Source: a virus (lineage: Duplodnaviria; Caudoviricetes). Taken from it: DNA of 64,000 nucleotides. The stretch's first letter is position 1, and the number at the start of each line of letters is the position of its first letter. The notes beneath the pieces were generated by a model. The model saw only the letters and a list, made by a program, of their open reading frames with translations, had not been told where the DNA came from and did not search any database. Both the position numbers and the translations under genes were made by a program. The stretch lies in the IMG/VR virus record IMGVR_UViG_3300043694_000018, positions 15,318 to 79,317 of that record. The stretch is one strand, 5' to 3'. Positions 45,908 through 55,333 of the stretch are shown here, in pieces.

Positions 45908-46870
45908 TTACATCTGATGATTGTCGCCGCTGAAGTCGTTGTAGTCCGGCTCCGGCTCGGCCGACCCGGTCGAGTAGTCGGTGCGGGCACCGTCGCCGTC
46001 TTCGCTGCGCTGGTCGTCGGCAGGCCCGATCTTGCGGGCCTGCGTCGGGCGACTGAAGAAGCCGAACTTCGGGTCATCCCGGCTCGGCTGGACCTTGGCG
46101 CTGAACTCGACGGTGTCGCCGCGCTCGACGCTCAGACCGGCGGGGACCGTGCCCCACACCTTCCAGCCGTCCTGATGGCGGACCAGCATCTTGAGCACCG
46201 AGCCCCGGAAGCCATCGACCAGCTTGGTGCTGACGACCTCGCCCCGGATGGTGATGCGCTGGTCGCTGACCGGGAGCGGCGCGGCGGCGGCCTTCTCGGC
46301 CTCGCGCTGGGCGGTGCGCTGGGCGCGGTTGCTGATGTCGCTCAGCAGCTTGCCCACGAAGTTCGCCTGCTTGTCCGAGATCGAGCCGTAGCGCACGACC
46401 TTCGAGACGATGTCAGTGATGATCGACTCCTCGCGGGGAAGCGGCGCGTCGTAGGTCGCGGTGTAGATCGTCCACGCGGTGTTCAACTGGCGGTCGGCCA
46501 GAAGCTCCTGCGCGCGGGCCTTGCCCTTGAAGGTCTTGCGGCCAGCCGCGATCCGCTTCTTGAACGAGCGGAAGGCAGTGGCGTCGCCCATGTCCATCTT
46601 CTCGGCGCAGTCCATGCCGGTCTGGATGTAGGCGTTGCTCGGGCGATGATGGAAGCGCGCCACGTACATGGCGTGCGCGCCGCACACGTGGCACGTGCCA
46701 CCGTGCTCGTGATGAGACCACGTGCCACCCGTGCGCTTCTGATGCTCGCGGAAGAACATGCGGTCGCTGAGGAACGCCATGGAGTCCACGCCGCCGCCCA
46801 GATAGTCACAACTGACGTAGTCGTACTCCTGCGGCTGGATGGTGCTCGGGCGATGAAGGTCGGTTCTCAT
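45908..46870 (-). CDS. Protein with N-terminal Cys/His cluster and C-terminal OB-fold-like domain
   Basis: TCHVCG..GMDCA; ITIRGEVVSTK..RGDTVEFSAKV..FGFFSRP. Confidence 0.65.
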   Translation of the reverse strand: MRTDLHRPSTIQPQEYDYVSCDYLGGGVDSMAFLSDRMFFREHQKRTGGTWSHHEHGGTCHVCGAHAMYVARFHHRPSNAYIQTGMDCAEKMDMGDATAFRSFKKRIAAGRKTFKGKARAQELLADRQLNTAWTIYTATYDAPLPREESIITDIVSKVVRYGSISDKQANFVGKLLSDISNRAQRTAQREAEKAAAAPLPVSDQRITIRGEVVSTKLVDGFRGSVLKMLVRHQDGWKVWGTVPAGLSVERGDTVEFSAKVQPSRDDPKFGFFSRPTQARKIGPADDQRSEDGDGARTDYSTGSAEPEPDYNDFSGDNHQM

Positions 46871-46955
46871 ATGGTCCTGTGTTTCCGGGCCACGGCGGCC
46901 CACCACAGAGATGGGGATTTGCAAAAAATTTGCAAGCCCCCGATCTCGATTTCAT

Positions 46956-47007
46956 ATGCCCTGCAATTAGGGCATGGTGGTTATTGCACAGGCCCTGAAA
47001 TTAGGGC
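46956..47007. promoter_or_regulatory. Operator pair
   Basis: ATGCCCTGCAATTAGGGCAT (46956) and GCCCTGAAATTAGGGC (46992). Confidence 0.75.
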
Positions 47008-47538
47008 ACGCTCCAGCCCGGCCTTGGACCGGCGCAGCTTGCGCAGGGCGTTCTCGGCCCGGCGGGCCTTGGCCTCCCATCGCTCGATCCGGGCGGTGAC
47101 GCTCAGCAGCTTGAGCGCGCGGACCTCGGCCTTGTCGGGCTTCGGCTTCGGCTCAGGCTTGGCCTTCGGCAGATGCCAGCCCTTCCTGACCACGTAGTCG
47201 ACCATCGCCTTCTCCAGCGCCGCGTGGACGTGGGAGTGCGTCAGCTTGCCGGGGTGCATGACCTCGAACAGGTAGTGGCTGCAATCGTGAACCATGCGGC
47301 CGAGACCGTTGTGCCCGCCGTTGGCGTAGCGCTTCGTGTCCTGCGGCTTGGTGTTCGCCCAGCACCGCCGACCCCGGCGGAACCATGACGGCATCCGCAG
47401 GTAGATCGGGTCAATGTCCGGGTGCTTGGCGAACTTCGCGAACAGCTTGGCTGCCAGCGGCACGACCTCGGCCTTGGTGATCGGGGGGAGGATCGCTCCT
47501 CCCCACGCCGCGCCCACGTCGTCGTAGCTCACGGTCAT
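46981..47538 (-). CDS. Hypothetical protein (possible HExxH-like zinc site)
   Basis: MVHDCSHY..HSHVH. Confidence 0.6.
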   Translation of the reverse strand: MTVSYDDVGAAWGGAILPPITKAEVVPLAAKLFAKFAKHPDIDPIYLRMPSWFRRGRRCWANTKPQDTKRYANGGHNGLGRMVHDCSHYLFEVMHPGKLTHSHVHAALEKAMVDYVVRKGWHLPKAKPEPKPKPDKAEVRALKLLSVTARIERWEAKARRAENALRKLRRSKAGLERALISGPVQ

Positions 47539-47864
47539 GCGAGCCTCCGACCCTTGGCGCTGATGCGCGCCCAGTCCGACATCGAGACGCTTTGCTCGGC
47601 CCCGCCGTCGTGCAGCCAGATCAGCCGGGAGCCGGTCTCATCCTCGGCGACCCAGACGCGGCGGATGCCGCTGCCCAGTCGACGGAGGTAGTGGTCGGTG
47701 TTCGCGATGAAGACCTCCCAACGCTCGGCGTCTTCGTAGCGCTCGCCCTCGGGCCTGCGCGCCTTGAAGCGCTTGCGCCGGGGCTTCACCTCCACCGGCT
47801 TCTGATCTCTCGACCGCCGCAGGAACGCGGGGATCGCGAGATCGTCATCACTCATCAACAACAT
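47535..47864 (-). CDS. Hypothetical early protein
   Basis: ACACAGGAG leader; DLAIPAFLRR motif. Confidence 0.6.
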   Translation of the reverse strand: MLLMSDDDLAIPAFLRRSRDQKPVEVKPRRKRFKARRPEGERYEDAERWEVFIANTDHYLRRLGSGIRRVWVAEDETGSRLIWLHDGGAEQSVSMSDWARISAKGRRLA

Positions 47865-47927
47865 TCGACTTCTCCTGTGTTCAATCGAATGAAAGATTTT
47901 AGCACAGGAGGAAGCAAAAGTCGAGAC

Positions 47928-47943
47928 GCCCTATTTTGAGGGC
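47928..47943. promoter_or_regulatory. Operator
   Basis: GCCCTATTTTGAGGGC; upstream (minus strand) of an extended -10 TGcTAAAAT. Confidence 0.7.
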
Positions 47944-48203
47944 GCGTCGTCTTCGGGGCTACTAGACTTAGCGAAGCTGAGCGTGATCGTCTCGACTTCG
48001 CGCGCCGGTCTGTACTCGACCAAGTCGGCGAACTCCTCGTACTTCGACTCGTCAGCACCACCCTGCACGGCGACGGCGAACACGTAGGCCGTGACCGGCG
48101 TGCCCTTCTCGCTCACGCCGCGCCAGATGCGCACCGGCATGTTCGGCTTCACACCGACGAGCGTCGCCCAGTCGTCGGTCAGTTCGATGGTCATCTTCAC
48201 CAT
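47931..48203 (-). CDS. Hypothetical protein
   Basis: RBS AGGAG before MVKMTIEL. Confidence 0.55.
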   Translation of the reverse strand: MVKMTIELTDDWATLVGVKPNMPVRIWRGVSEKGTPVTAYVFAVAVQGGADESKYEEFADLVEYRPAREVETITLSFAKSSSPEDDAPSK

Positions 48204-48361
48204 CACCGTTCTCCTATTGCTAAGTCGCGGCACACGGCTTCGCCGTGGTGCCAGTAGCACTCGATCTTGGCGACGGCTCGCCACAGCGGCGTGTCATCGA
48301 TGCTCGACCAGTCGATAGAGAGCACGACCCATGCGATTAGCAGGATGGCCACGGAACGCAT
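48203..48361 (-). CDS. Small secreted/membrane protein (52 aa)
   Basis: Hand-translated MRSVAILLIAWVVLSIDWSSIDDTPLWRAVAKIECYWHHGEAVCRDLAIGER; coupled at both ends. Confidence 0.4.
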   Translation of the reverse strand: MRSVAILLIAWVVLSIDWSSIDDTPLWRAVAKIECYWHHGEAVCRDLAIGER

Positions 48362-48513
48362 CACCATGGCTCGTGATCTTCATCATCGTATTGCATGAAA
48401 TCGATCAGCCGCTGCGGCAGGTCGAACCAGACCACGTACTGGATGCCCAGCAGCATGGCGGCGAGGGTCGCGCCGACGCACAGCAGAACGATGACCTCGC
48501 CGAGGCTGATCAC
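48361..48513 (-). CDS. Small membrane protein
   Basis: GTG start overlapping the upstream TGA; one TM segment. Confidence 0.45.
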   Translation of the reverse strand: MISLGEVIVLLCVGATLAAMLLGIQYVVWFDLPQRLIDFMQYDDEDHEPW

Positions 48514-49115
48514 TGGATGACGCGCGTCGCCAGCGCTGCGCGCTCGACCTCGGTGAGTTCCCAGTGCGCCACGACCAGCCACAGGTCCGCCTTGCCGATG
48601 CGGCGCAGCAGGTACGGATCACGCGGCGGGATCGGCTCCCATTCGGCTTCCCAGAGCACGTGATAGTTCGCGAGCCCACGCTTGGGCCGCAGGTACGCCG
48701 GGATGATCGGCAGTGTCGCCTTGTGGTGTTCCCGCGTGACGCGCTCCTTGCGGTCCCAGCCCCATGCGAAGCTCTCGCGCGGGAACTTGAACGTGTCGCG
48801 CTCCCAGACGAAGCGGTTGTTCTTGGCGCGCCAGTTTTCGGACGATGCCATAGTCGCACCGCCGCTGGCGCTGCGCTCAAGGAAGCAGGCCTTGGCCGTC
48901 GCCCCGGCGAGTGCGAGCTTGGGCAGGCCGTACTCGCTGACGCCAGCCTTCACCACCGACTCCAGCGCCTTGATGATCAGGCGGCCCTTCGCCAGCAACT
49001 GGTAGGCGCGCATGATCTCCTGATCGACGGGCGTCGAGTAGTTGGCGTGCTCCTTGTACTTGCGCCACAGGTGCTCGGCCTCGGAGCGGTCGAGCTTGAC
49101 GTGCTGCGTATCCAT
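48510..49115 (-). CDS. Conserved phage hypothetical protein
   Basis: PKLALA..PIIPAYLRP..LWEAEW..RDPYLLRRI..W.LTEVE. Confidence 0.7.
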   Translation of the reverse strand: MDTQHVKLDRSEAEHLWRKYKEHANYSTPVDQEIMRAYQLLAKGRLIIKALESVVKAGVSEYGLPKLALAGATAKACFLERSASGGATMASSENWRAKNNRFVWERDTFKFPRESFAWGWDRKERVTREHHKATLPIIPAYLRPKRGLANYHVLWEAEWEPIPPRDPYLLRRIGKADLWLVVAHWELTEVERAALATRVIQ

Positions 49116-49127
49116 CGTCGTCTCCTT

Positions 49128-49316
49128 TCATCCGGGGTACTTCATCTTCGGCAAGAACGGCAGGGCCACGGTGTTGTGGCCGCGCTCGGTGGCGACGCGC
49201 GCCAGCGTCAGGAAGCGGATGATCTCGTCGTGCGTCAACCCGGCCTTCAGGCAGAGGTAGACTTGCTCGGCGATGTCCTCGGTGATGTGGTCGAGCCGGT
49301 CGCCCTCGGTCGTCAT
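49128..49316 (-). CDS. Hypothetical protein
   Basis: 62 aa, RBS GAGAGGG. Confidence 0.5.
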   Translation of the reverse strand: MTTEGDRLDHITEDIAEQVYLCLKAGLTHDEIIRFLTLARVATERGHNTVALPFLPKMKYPG

Positions 49317-50263
49317 AGTCCCTCTCTACGCAAGTAGACCTCGTGATAGGTGAACGGCTCGCCCTCGGCGCGCCAGCGCTCCTGCATTGCCTTGGTGACG
49401 TGATCGATGGGCAGCCAGACCGGCGGCGCGTCCTTGTCGCCCGGCCCGAACGAGCCGGAGGCGAAGTTGAGCCCGATGAACCCGGTCAGGTCCTCGATGT
49501 CCGCCCCGAAGCGCTTCATCGAGTAGGGCCAGAACTCGAAGAACACCAGCGCGCAGTCGCGCAGCAGACGCTTGCCGCCCGCGAAAATCTGACCCTCCGA
49601 GCCCTGCACATCCATCTTGACCACGACCGGCTGCCGCAGCGCCGCCGGGTTGAACGCATCGTCCAGCCGCACCGCGTTGACCGGGATGACGGCGCGCTTG
49701 TCCTCCAGCAGGAGCCCGGTGGCGTCGACATGGATGCGGTGATCGCCGTGATTGTCGGGGTCGACCTCGAACTTGATGATGCCGGTGCGGTCCCAGACCG
49801 CGACGTTGAACATCTGCACATTACCGTGGCGGCAGAGCCGGGCGACGTTGTGCGCGAGATGGCGGAAGTTGTCGGGCTCGGGCTCGAAGGCCCTGCACTC
49901 GACGCCGGGCACGGCGGCAATCGGGATCGTCGTCAGGCCGATGTTGGCCCCGATGTCGATGTAGGTGCCGCCGCGATGGAACTCGAAGAAGTCGATGACC
50001 ACCCGGTTGAACTCGGCGACCGGCCAGTTCTTGTCCTTGACGTAGGTCGCCATGATGTGCGTGTCGGCCAAGCTGCCCTCGATCAGGCCGCAGTCGCCCA
50101 TCACGTTGATGTCACGCACGCCGTACTTGCGGCCGATGGCTTGGAAAAGCTCGTAGCTAACCGGCCCTTCAATCAGGGCATCCACCACAGCCCTGCGGGT
50201 GTTGTCCGGCAGGTGCGCCACGGCGGCCGTGATCGCTTTGCGCGCCGTTGAGCGCAGCGTCAC
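49313..50263 (-). CDS. FkbM-family SAM-dependent methyltransferase
   Basis: YIDIGANIG..AFEPEP.N..AVWD..RLDD..VKMDVQGSE..FFEF. Confidence 0.85.
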   Translation of the reverse strand: MTLRSTARKAITAAVAHLPDNTRRAVVDALIEGPVSYELFQAIGRKYGVRDINVMGDCGLIEGSLADTHIMATYVKDKNWPVAEFNRVVIDFFEFHRGGTYIDIGANIGLTTIPIAAVPGVECRAFEPEPDNFRHLAHNVARLCRHGNVQMFNVAVWDRTGIIKFEVDPDNHGDHRIHVDATGLLLEDKRAVIPVNAVRLDDAFNPAALRQPVVVKMDVQGSEGQIFAGGKRLLRDCALVFFEFWPYSMKRFGADIEDLTGFIGLNFASGSFGPGDKDAPPVWLPIDHVTKAMQERWRAEGEPFTYHEVYLRREGL

Positions 50264-50523
50264 GCCTTCGGCTCCTCGACCGGGTCGCCACGGTGCGTCA
50301 GAAACCACGCTTCCATGGCGTCAGCGCAGTCGTCGGCTTCCCGGCACTGGGCTTCATCCTCGGCTGGCTTCGCTCCCATCTTGATGAGTTCGCGCCGGTT
50401 CCACGCCCACGCGCGCACCAGTGCTGCGGCGCGCGGGTCACGCGCCATCAGCACGAAGTAGGGCTCATCGTCTTCGAGGTTCTTGAAGCAGTCGTACTTC
50501 GACGGATTGGCCTTCGTTCCCAT
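50260..50523 (-). CDS. Conserved phage hypothetical protein
   Basis: DDEPYFVLMARDP.A..LVR.W. Confidence 0.65.
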   Translation of the reverse strand: MGTKANPSKYDCFKNLEDDEPYFVLMARDPRAAALVRAWAWNRRELIKMGAKPAEDEAQCREADDCADAMEAWFLTHRGDPVEEPKA

Positions 50524-50524
50524 C

Positions 50525-50737
50525 TCACCCTCCACAGCGAATCTTGACGTACTCACCGTCGCCCAGCGAGCGACCGATCTCGGTCTCGCCGAGGTACGCT
50601 TGCGCGCGCAGCCAGCACGCCGCTGGCGCTTCGAGCCCGGCTGCCTGCGGCACGTGCATCACCACGCGCGCGTTCTTCTCCGTGCAGTCGCTGATCTTGA
50701 TGGTGGCCGCGCAGATCAGGATCAGGGCTGTGAACAT
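50525..50737 (-). CDS. Small secreted Cys-rich protein
   Basis: MFTALILICA..C..C..C. Confidence 0.5.
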   Translation of the reverse strand: MFTALILICAATIKISDCTEKNARVVMHVPQAAGLEAPAACWLRAQAYLGETEIGRSLGDGEYVKIRCGG

Positions 50738-50842
50738 CGATGGTCTCTTGCTAGGCTGAGGGCTGCGGTTGAAAGGTCCTGTGTTCCTTGCTCCCGCGCC
50801 CGCCCCGCTGAGCCCGGCTATCACCGCGCCCGGCGGGGCGGG

Positions 50843-51109
50843 TCACGCCGGTTCGATTTCGATGGTGAGCGCGGTGAGCGGCCGGTTCGGTTGTCGGTCG
50901 GAGCGGCGCGGCCTGATCTTCGGCACCGTGCGCCAGAACTCGTACGCCGCGCCAGAGTCGGCGAACTGCATCGCCTTCTTCCGGTCGCCTGTGAACACGC
51001 CCCAGCCCTGTCCGCCGTAGGCCTCGAAGTCGAACGACTTGAGGTACTGGCCGGAGTGCGGGCAGCGCTGGCCGTTGGCGAATCCCACGGCCTTGATCAC
51101 AACGGTCAT
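50843..51109 (-). CDS. Hypothetical protein
   Basis: Coupled ORF. Confidence 0.6.
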   Translation of the reverse strand: MTVVIKAVGFANGQRCPHSGQYLKSFDFEAYGGQGWGVFTGDRKKAMQFADSGAAYEFWRTVPKIRPRRSDRQPNRPLTALTIEIEPA

Positions 51110-52230
51110 CTCGGCCTCATCGGCAGCGTCGCGCGGTGCGCCTTGATCTCATCGAACAGCCGTTTGTGCTGCGGCTTGTTGTTCTTGTACAGCCAGCCGA
51201 CCTGCTTCTGGACTTCCTTCTCCAGCCCGATCTTGTCGAACTCCGCGCCCGACGTGGTGCCCTTATAGCGCTTGATCAGGTCATCGACGCCCTTGGCGAT
51301 GCGGACCTCGTCGGCCGATGGCGCGGCCTCGGCCTTCTTCTTCTGCCCGGAGTGCGGCTCCATCGGCGGCGCGGTGTTGGTCTCCGGTGACTTGGCAGCG
51401 CGCACTGGCTCCTTCTTCTGCTCGCCGCCGCCCTTGGCCCACTCGATCAGCTTCGCGCCCATGTCCTCGGTGATCAGCATGCCGTCACGGAAGATCGACT
51501 GGTGCTGCTCGTTGATCTTGCGCGGCAGCTTGTAGTTGATCGAGCCCGGCTCCTCGTTCGATAGCGTGAGGAGCGTGGTCAACTCGAACATGAAGCGACT
51601 GTCGCCGAGCGGTGTCCAGCCCATCGGCTCGACCTTGCCGTTGCCCAGCACCTTCACCTTCTCCTCGGCGCGGAAGCAGAACACGATGGGAATCTTCCTC
51701 TGGAGGAAGCTCTGCACCATGAGCTTGTGCTCGCCCTTCGGCTTGATCCACGCCTTCATGTTGTTGGCCCCGCGAATCCTCTCCTCCTCCTGTTCGGAGA
51801 GGTCGTGGCCTTCGCGCTGCTGAGCCTTGACGACGGCGCGGTCCAGTTCCTCGTCGTGCCACTCGACCACCCCACCGTCGCCGGTCCACTCGTGGCTCAT
51901 CGAGTCGATCACCAGCACGTCGTAGCCTTGTTCCTCGGCGCGCTTGGCGGCGTCCATGAACTTGTGTGGCCGGAACGGCGGCTCGATGTCGAACACCTCG
52001 AACTTGTCGGTGTCGGCGTAGGTCGACATGCGGCGGCCCTCGGTGTCGACGGCGGCGATCTTGCCAGTCGGCCCGACCATGCCGCGCGCCAGCCTGAGCG
52101 CCGACTTGGTCTTGCCGCTGCCGGTGCCGCCAGCGAGACCGATGAACACCGGCAGGTTCTGGCGCACGGCAGGTCGGAACTGGATGACGTTGTCGACCGT
52201 GCGGTGCGTGGCGGTGGTTGGCTTGCTCAT
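51106..52230 (-). CDS. AAA-family ATPase (phage recombination-associated)
   Basis: Walker A GGTGSGKT; VDTE; Walker B LVIDSMSHEW. Confidence 0.8.
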   Translation of the reverse strand: MSKPTTATHRTVDNVIQFRPAVRQNLPVFIGLAGGTGSGKTKSALRLARGMVGPTGKIAAVDTEGRRMSTYADTDKFEVFDIEPPFRPHKFMDAAKRAEEQGYDVLVIDSMSHEWTGDGGVVEWHDEELDRAVVKAQQREGHDLSEQEEERIRGANNMKAWIKPKGEHKLMVQSFLQRKIPIVFCFRAEEKVKVLGNGKVEPMGWTPLGDSRFMFELTTLLTLSNEEPGSINYKLPRKINEQHQSIFRDGMLITEDMGAKLIEWAKGGGEQKKEPVRAAKSPETNTAPPMEPHSGQKKKAEAAPSADEVRIAKGVDDLIKRYKGTTSGAEFDKIGLEKEVQKQVGWLYKNNKPQHKRLFDEIKAHRATLPMRPR

Positions 52231-52547
52231 GCGTGGCCCTCCTCCTGTGCTCGCGCCAGCTTCTCCTGCTTGCGCATCATCGCGCGGTAGCGCCAGACCA
52301 GCGCCCGGTCGATTGTCGGTATCTCGTAGTCGGCGAAGTGGTGGATAGCCGCGCAGACGCGGCTGATCTCCTCGACATCGCCGGTCGACATCACCGCGTG
52401 GCTCATGCAGATCAGCAGGGCGTTGACCACCACGTCGCCATCGATGCCGTGCGGGTCGCCGCCGTAGTCCTTGAGGATGGCGTTCATGACGGTCTGCGCC
52501 ATGTCCTGCACCGCGTCGCTCGGCGGGTACTCGGTGACGATGGTCAT
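52227..52547 (-). CDS. Hypothetical protein
   Basis: Coupled start MTIVTEY. Confidence 0.55.
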   Translation of the reverse strand: MTIVTEYPPSDAVQDMAQTVMNAILKDYGGDPHGIDGDVVVNALLICMSHAVMSTGDVEEISRVCAAIHHFADYEIPTIDRALVWRYRAMMRKQEKLARAQEEGHA

Positions 52548-53494
52548 TGAACCTTCTCCACTGGCCGCTGCCAGTACGACAAGCGGTTGATCAGCGCCAG
52601 CCGCCGCGCTTCCTTCTGGTTCGAGCGCCAGAACGGCGGGTCGATGGGCGGGCACTGCGGATCGTAGCCCGGCCACCGGCCGGTCTCGATGCAGTGCGAC
52701 CACATCTCGATGCCCTTCTCCACCAGCGGCTCGACTTCCTCGCGGCCTTGGTTGCCCAGTCGCACGACGCTCAGCCCGTAGGGCGGCTTCTGCTCGACCA
52801 CGATCCAGACGAACTCGACCGACCTGATGTCATCGATCAGGTCCATCAGCCCGCGCTCGTACAGGCACGACTGGTAGTCGTAGCCCTTCTCGAAGAACGT
52901 CGACTGCCAGTCGTCCGGGTGCGCCGAGCCCTCGGTCGTCTTGACCTCGGGCACCACGATGTGGCCGCCCTTGCGCGCGACAAGGTGCAGGAAGTCGAGC
53001 CTGCCGCGCAGCCAGATCGGCTTGCGGCCCGCGATCTTCTCCCGCCACACCATCGTCACCTCCGGCACGCCCTCCTCGAACAGGTGGCTCATGCCGTGGT
53101 CGGCCAGTTGGTCCTTGGCCGCCGTCACCATCGCCGTCACGTCGGCCATGTCGGGAGCCAGCACCGGGATGCGGCCTGCCTTGCGCGCGGCGTCGCGCTC
53201 GTTCTTGGCGTCGTTCTTGCGGTAGTCGTCGTAGGCCAGTGGCACGATCTCCTGCCCGGCCCCGAGCATGAGCTTGTGGAACGCCGAGCCCTTGTCCATA
53301 GCGCGTGTGGCCTCGCCGATCTCCTCCAGCCGTTCAGGTGACAGGCGCGGGTGCTCGTACTTCGCGTGGCGCGGGCTGCGGTTGACGAGCAGCTTGCAGA
53401 TAGATGACGACAGGCTGGGCTCGACCACCGGGTCGGCGTGGTACTCGACCTCGGGGATGCCGGGGTACAGACCGGGCTTCTTGATCACGGGCAT
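52544..53494 (-). CDS. RecE-like PD-(D/E)xK exonuclease (DUF3799-like)
   Basis: EYHAD..LSSS..GSAFH..LRGRLDFL..EVKT..YDYQ..Y. Confidence 0.8.
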   Translation of the reverse strand: MPVIKKPGLYPGIPEVEYHADPVVEPSLSSSICKLLVNRSPRHAKYEHPRLSPERLEEIGEATRAMDKGSAFHKLMLGAGQEIVPLAYDDYRKNDAKNERDAARKAGRIPVLAPDMADVTAMVTAAKDQLADHGMSHLFEEGVPEVTMVWREKIAGRKPIWLRGRLDFLHLVARKGGHIVVPEVKTTEGSAHPDDWQSTFFEKGYDYQSCLYERGLMDLIDDIRSVEFVWIVVEQKPPYGLSVVRLGNQGREEVEPLVEKGIEMWSHCIETGRWPGYDPQCPPIDPPFWRSNQKEARRLALINRLSYWQRPVEKVQ

Positions 53495-53790
53495 GATGTC
53501 CCCTCTTTAGGGCTTGGTGCAGCGCCTGTCGCTGTGGATAAGTAGGCCCGCAACTCGCGGCGCATGCGCTGGCGCGTCCAGTTCGTCCACCAGTCGTCAT
53601 GGGCCGGGCGGCCCTTTGGCAGCGACTGGCGCACGATCAGACCGTTGTCGAAGCTCGCCACCATCACGGTGTGCTTGCCGCCGTTCTCCCAGCGGATGCT
53701 GGTCGCCCCTTCCTCACGCGCCGCGTTCTCGGCGAGACGTGCGTGCTTGACGTTGGGGCGTGAGGTCCTGTTCGAGCGCGTGGCCATCAC
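53485..53790 (-). CDS. Possible HicA-like RNase-fold protein
   Basis: ENGGKHTVM..; size about 100 aa. Confidence 0.35.
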   Translation of the reverse strand: MMATRSNRTSRPNVKHARLAENAAREEGATSIRWENGGKHTVMVASFDNGLIVRQSLPKGRPAHDDWWTNWTRQRMRRELRAYLSTATGAAPSPKEGTSCP

Positions 53791-54056
53791 TTGCCTCCCC
53801 GCGCGGCGTGCTCACGGTGCACCCTGACGTAGGCGTCAATGTACCAGCGGCGAATCCTCGGCGGCATGCCAAGCAGCGTCTTCAGGAACTCATGCCGGTC
53901 GCCCGTGCCGTGCGGCGCGTCGCGCCAGTTCGCGTTGAGCGACGGCGGGTTGGAGCGCGCGACGTATTCGCGCCCGTACTGGCGGTCGAGTTTCAGAGGC
54001 ACCTCGCCCCAGCCCAGCGCCCGGCGGCGACGCGGATGCTCAGGCTCCGTCAACAT
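53787..54056 (-). CDS. Hypothetical protein
   Basis: Coupled ORF. Confidence 0.5.
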   Translation of the reverse strand: MLTEPEHPRRRRALGWGEVPLKLDRQYGREYVARSNPPSLNANWRDAPHGTGDRHEFLKTLLGMPPRIRRWYIDAYVRVHREHAARGGK

Positions 54057-54453
54057 TGTCGTCCTCCAGCGGGCTGCGGAAGTTGGCGAAGGCCTCGATG
54101 TTGCGGCCGGTGCTCGCCAGCGCCTTGAAGTGCTGGCTCCAGATGTCGATCATCTGGCCGACCATCTGGGCGTGCTCGCTGAGCGCTGCGTTGCTCTCAA
54201 TCAGCACGCCGACCAGATGGAAGACCGCCTTGCACTCCTCCTCGCTGAGCGGGCGCGGCTTGGCGAGCTTCACCAGTTCGGGTCGGGAGGTCATCAGGGC
54301 CACGGCCAATTCGGCCGGGACCTTCACTTCCTCGGTCAGGCTCGACCAGTTCGGCAGCTTGCAGGCCTCGGCCTTCTCGCGGATGAACTCATCCAGCGTG
54401 TCGGAGCGGCGGCGCTTGCGCTTCGATAGCGTCAGTGTCTCTCTGTCAGTCAT
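54040..54453 (-). CDS. Hypothetical protein
   Basis: Typical codon bias. Confidence 0.6.
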   Translation of the reverse strand: MTDRETLTLSKRKRRRSDTLDEFIREKAEACKLPNWSSLTEEVKVPAELAVALMTSRPELVKLAKPRPLSEEECKAVFHLVGVLIESNAALSEHAQMVGQMIDIWSQHFKALASTGRNIEAFANFRSPLEDDNVDGA

Positions 54454-55333
54454 CTCGATGTCCTTTCACGTCGTAGTGGTCACGATCAGCGCCGGGTTTG
54501 TTGGCGTTGACGATGCAGTGTCGACGCCACTTGCGGGTGCCGTTCGGCAGGGTCCACAGGTGAGCACGTCGCAGGTGCATGTACGGTGAGGCGTGGCCGC
54601 CGACACGGGTCGGCGCGGCCAGTGCGGCCTCGAATTGCTCGGTGTCGATGTAGGTGACGCGCTGGAGCGGCGGCTTGCCGCTGCGCTGACGGGCCTTGTT
54701 CAGCTTGGTCTCGGGCTCGACCACGCGCTTGCGGATGCCCTTGCAGTTGAGCACGGCCCACAGGCCGCAGTAGGCCGCCCACGTGTCGAAGCCCGCGTGT
54801 GCATCGGTCGTAGTCGACGTGTACGGGCCGAAGCGGCAAAGGCGGTCCATGTAGACCGTCCCCCTGTGCGTGAACATGAAGCGGCGGATGTGAACCATCG
54901 GCGCGACCAGACCGGGCGGGTCGTACTGCACGGGATGGCGCAGGCAGGCCTCGGCCTCCCGCTTGCTCATGTTCGCCCACTCGATCACGAGCAGTTCCTC
55001 GACTTCCAGCCCCTTCGGGTCGGTGAAGTTGTGCAGCCGGTAGCGGAAGACCGTGAAGGGGAACGGCGGCGGCGTCGGGATGTCGGCCGCCTCCAGTTCC
55101 TTGGTGATGTCGACCTGCTTGGCGAGCGCCTGAATGTCGACGCGGCCGAAGTCGAACCACTCGGCGATGGCGATGGTCGGCAGGATGCGGTCATCGGCAC
55201 CGGGACCCTGACCCTTCTTCACGCCCTCCATGACGGTGTAGCAGCCGGAGCGCAGCGCCAGCAGGGCGTCGTCGCGACTGACCGGGCGGCGCGGGCAGAG
55301 GTATCGGTCGTCAGGCAACATGGTGTCAGTCAT
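54446..55333 (-). CDS. Conserved phage hypothetical protein
   Basis: C-terminal KLNKARQRSGKPPL..HASP..HLRRAH motif. Confidence 0.7.
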   Translation of the reverse strand: MTDTMLPDDRYLCPRRPVSRDDALLALRSGCYTVMEGVKKGQGPGADDRILPTIAIAEWFDFGRVDIQALAKQVDITKELEAADIPTPPPFPFTVFRYRLHNFTDPKGLEVEELLVIEWANMSKREAEACLRHPVQYDPPGLVAPMVHIRRFMFTHRGTVYMDRLCRFGPYTSTTTDAHAGFDTWAAYCGLWAVLNCKGIRKRVVEPETKLNKARQRSGKPPLQRVTYIDTEQFEAALAAPTRVGGHASPYMHLRRAHLWTLPNGTRKWRRHCIVNANKPGADRDHYDVKGHRDD

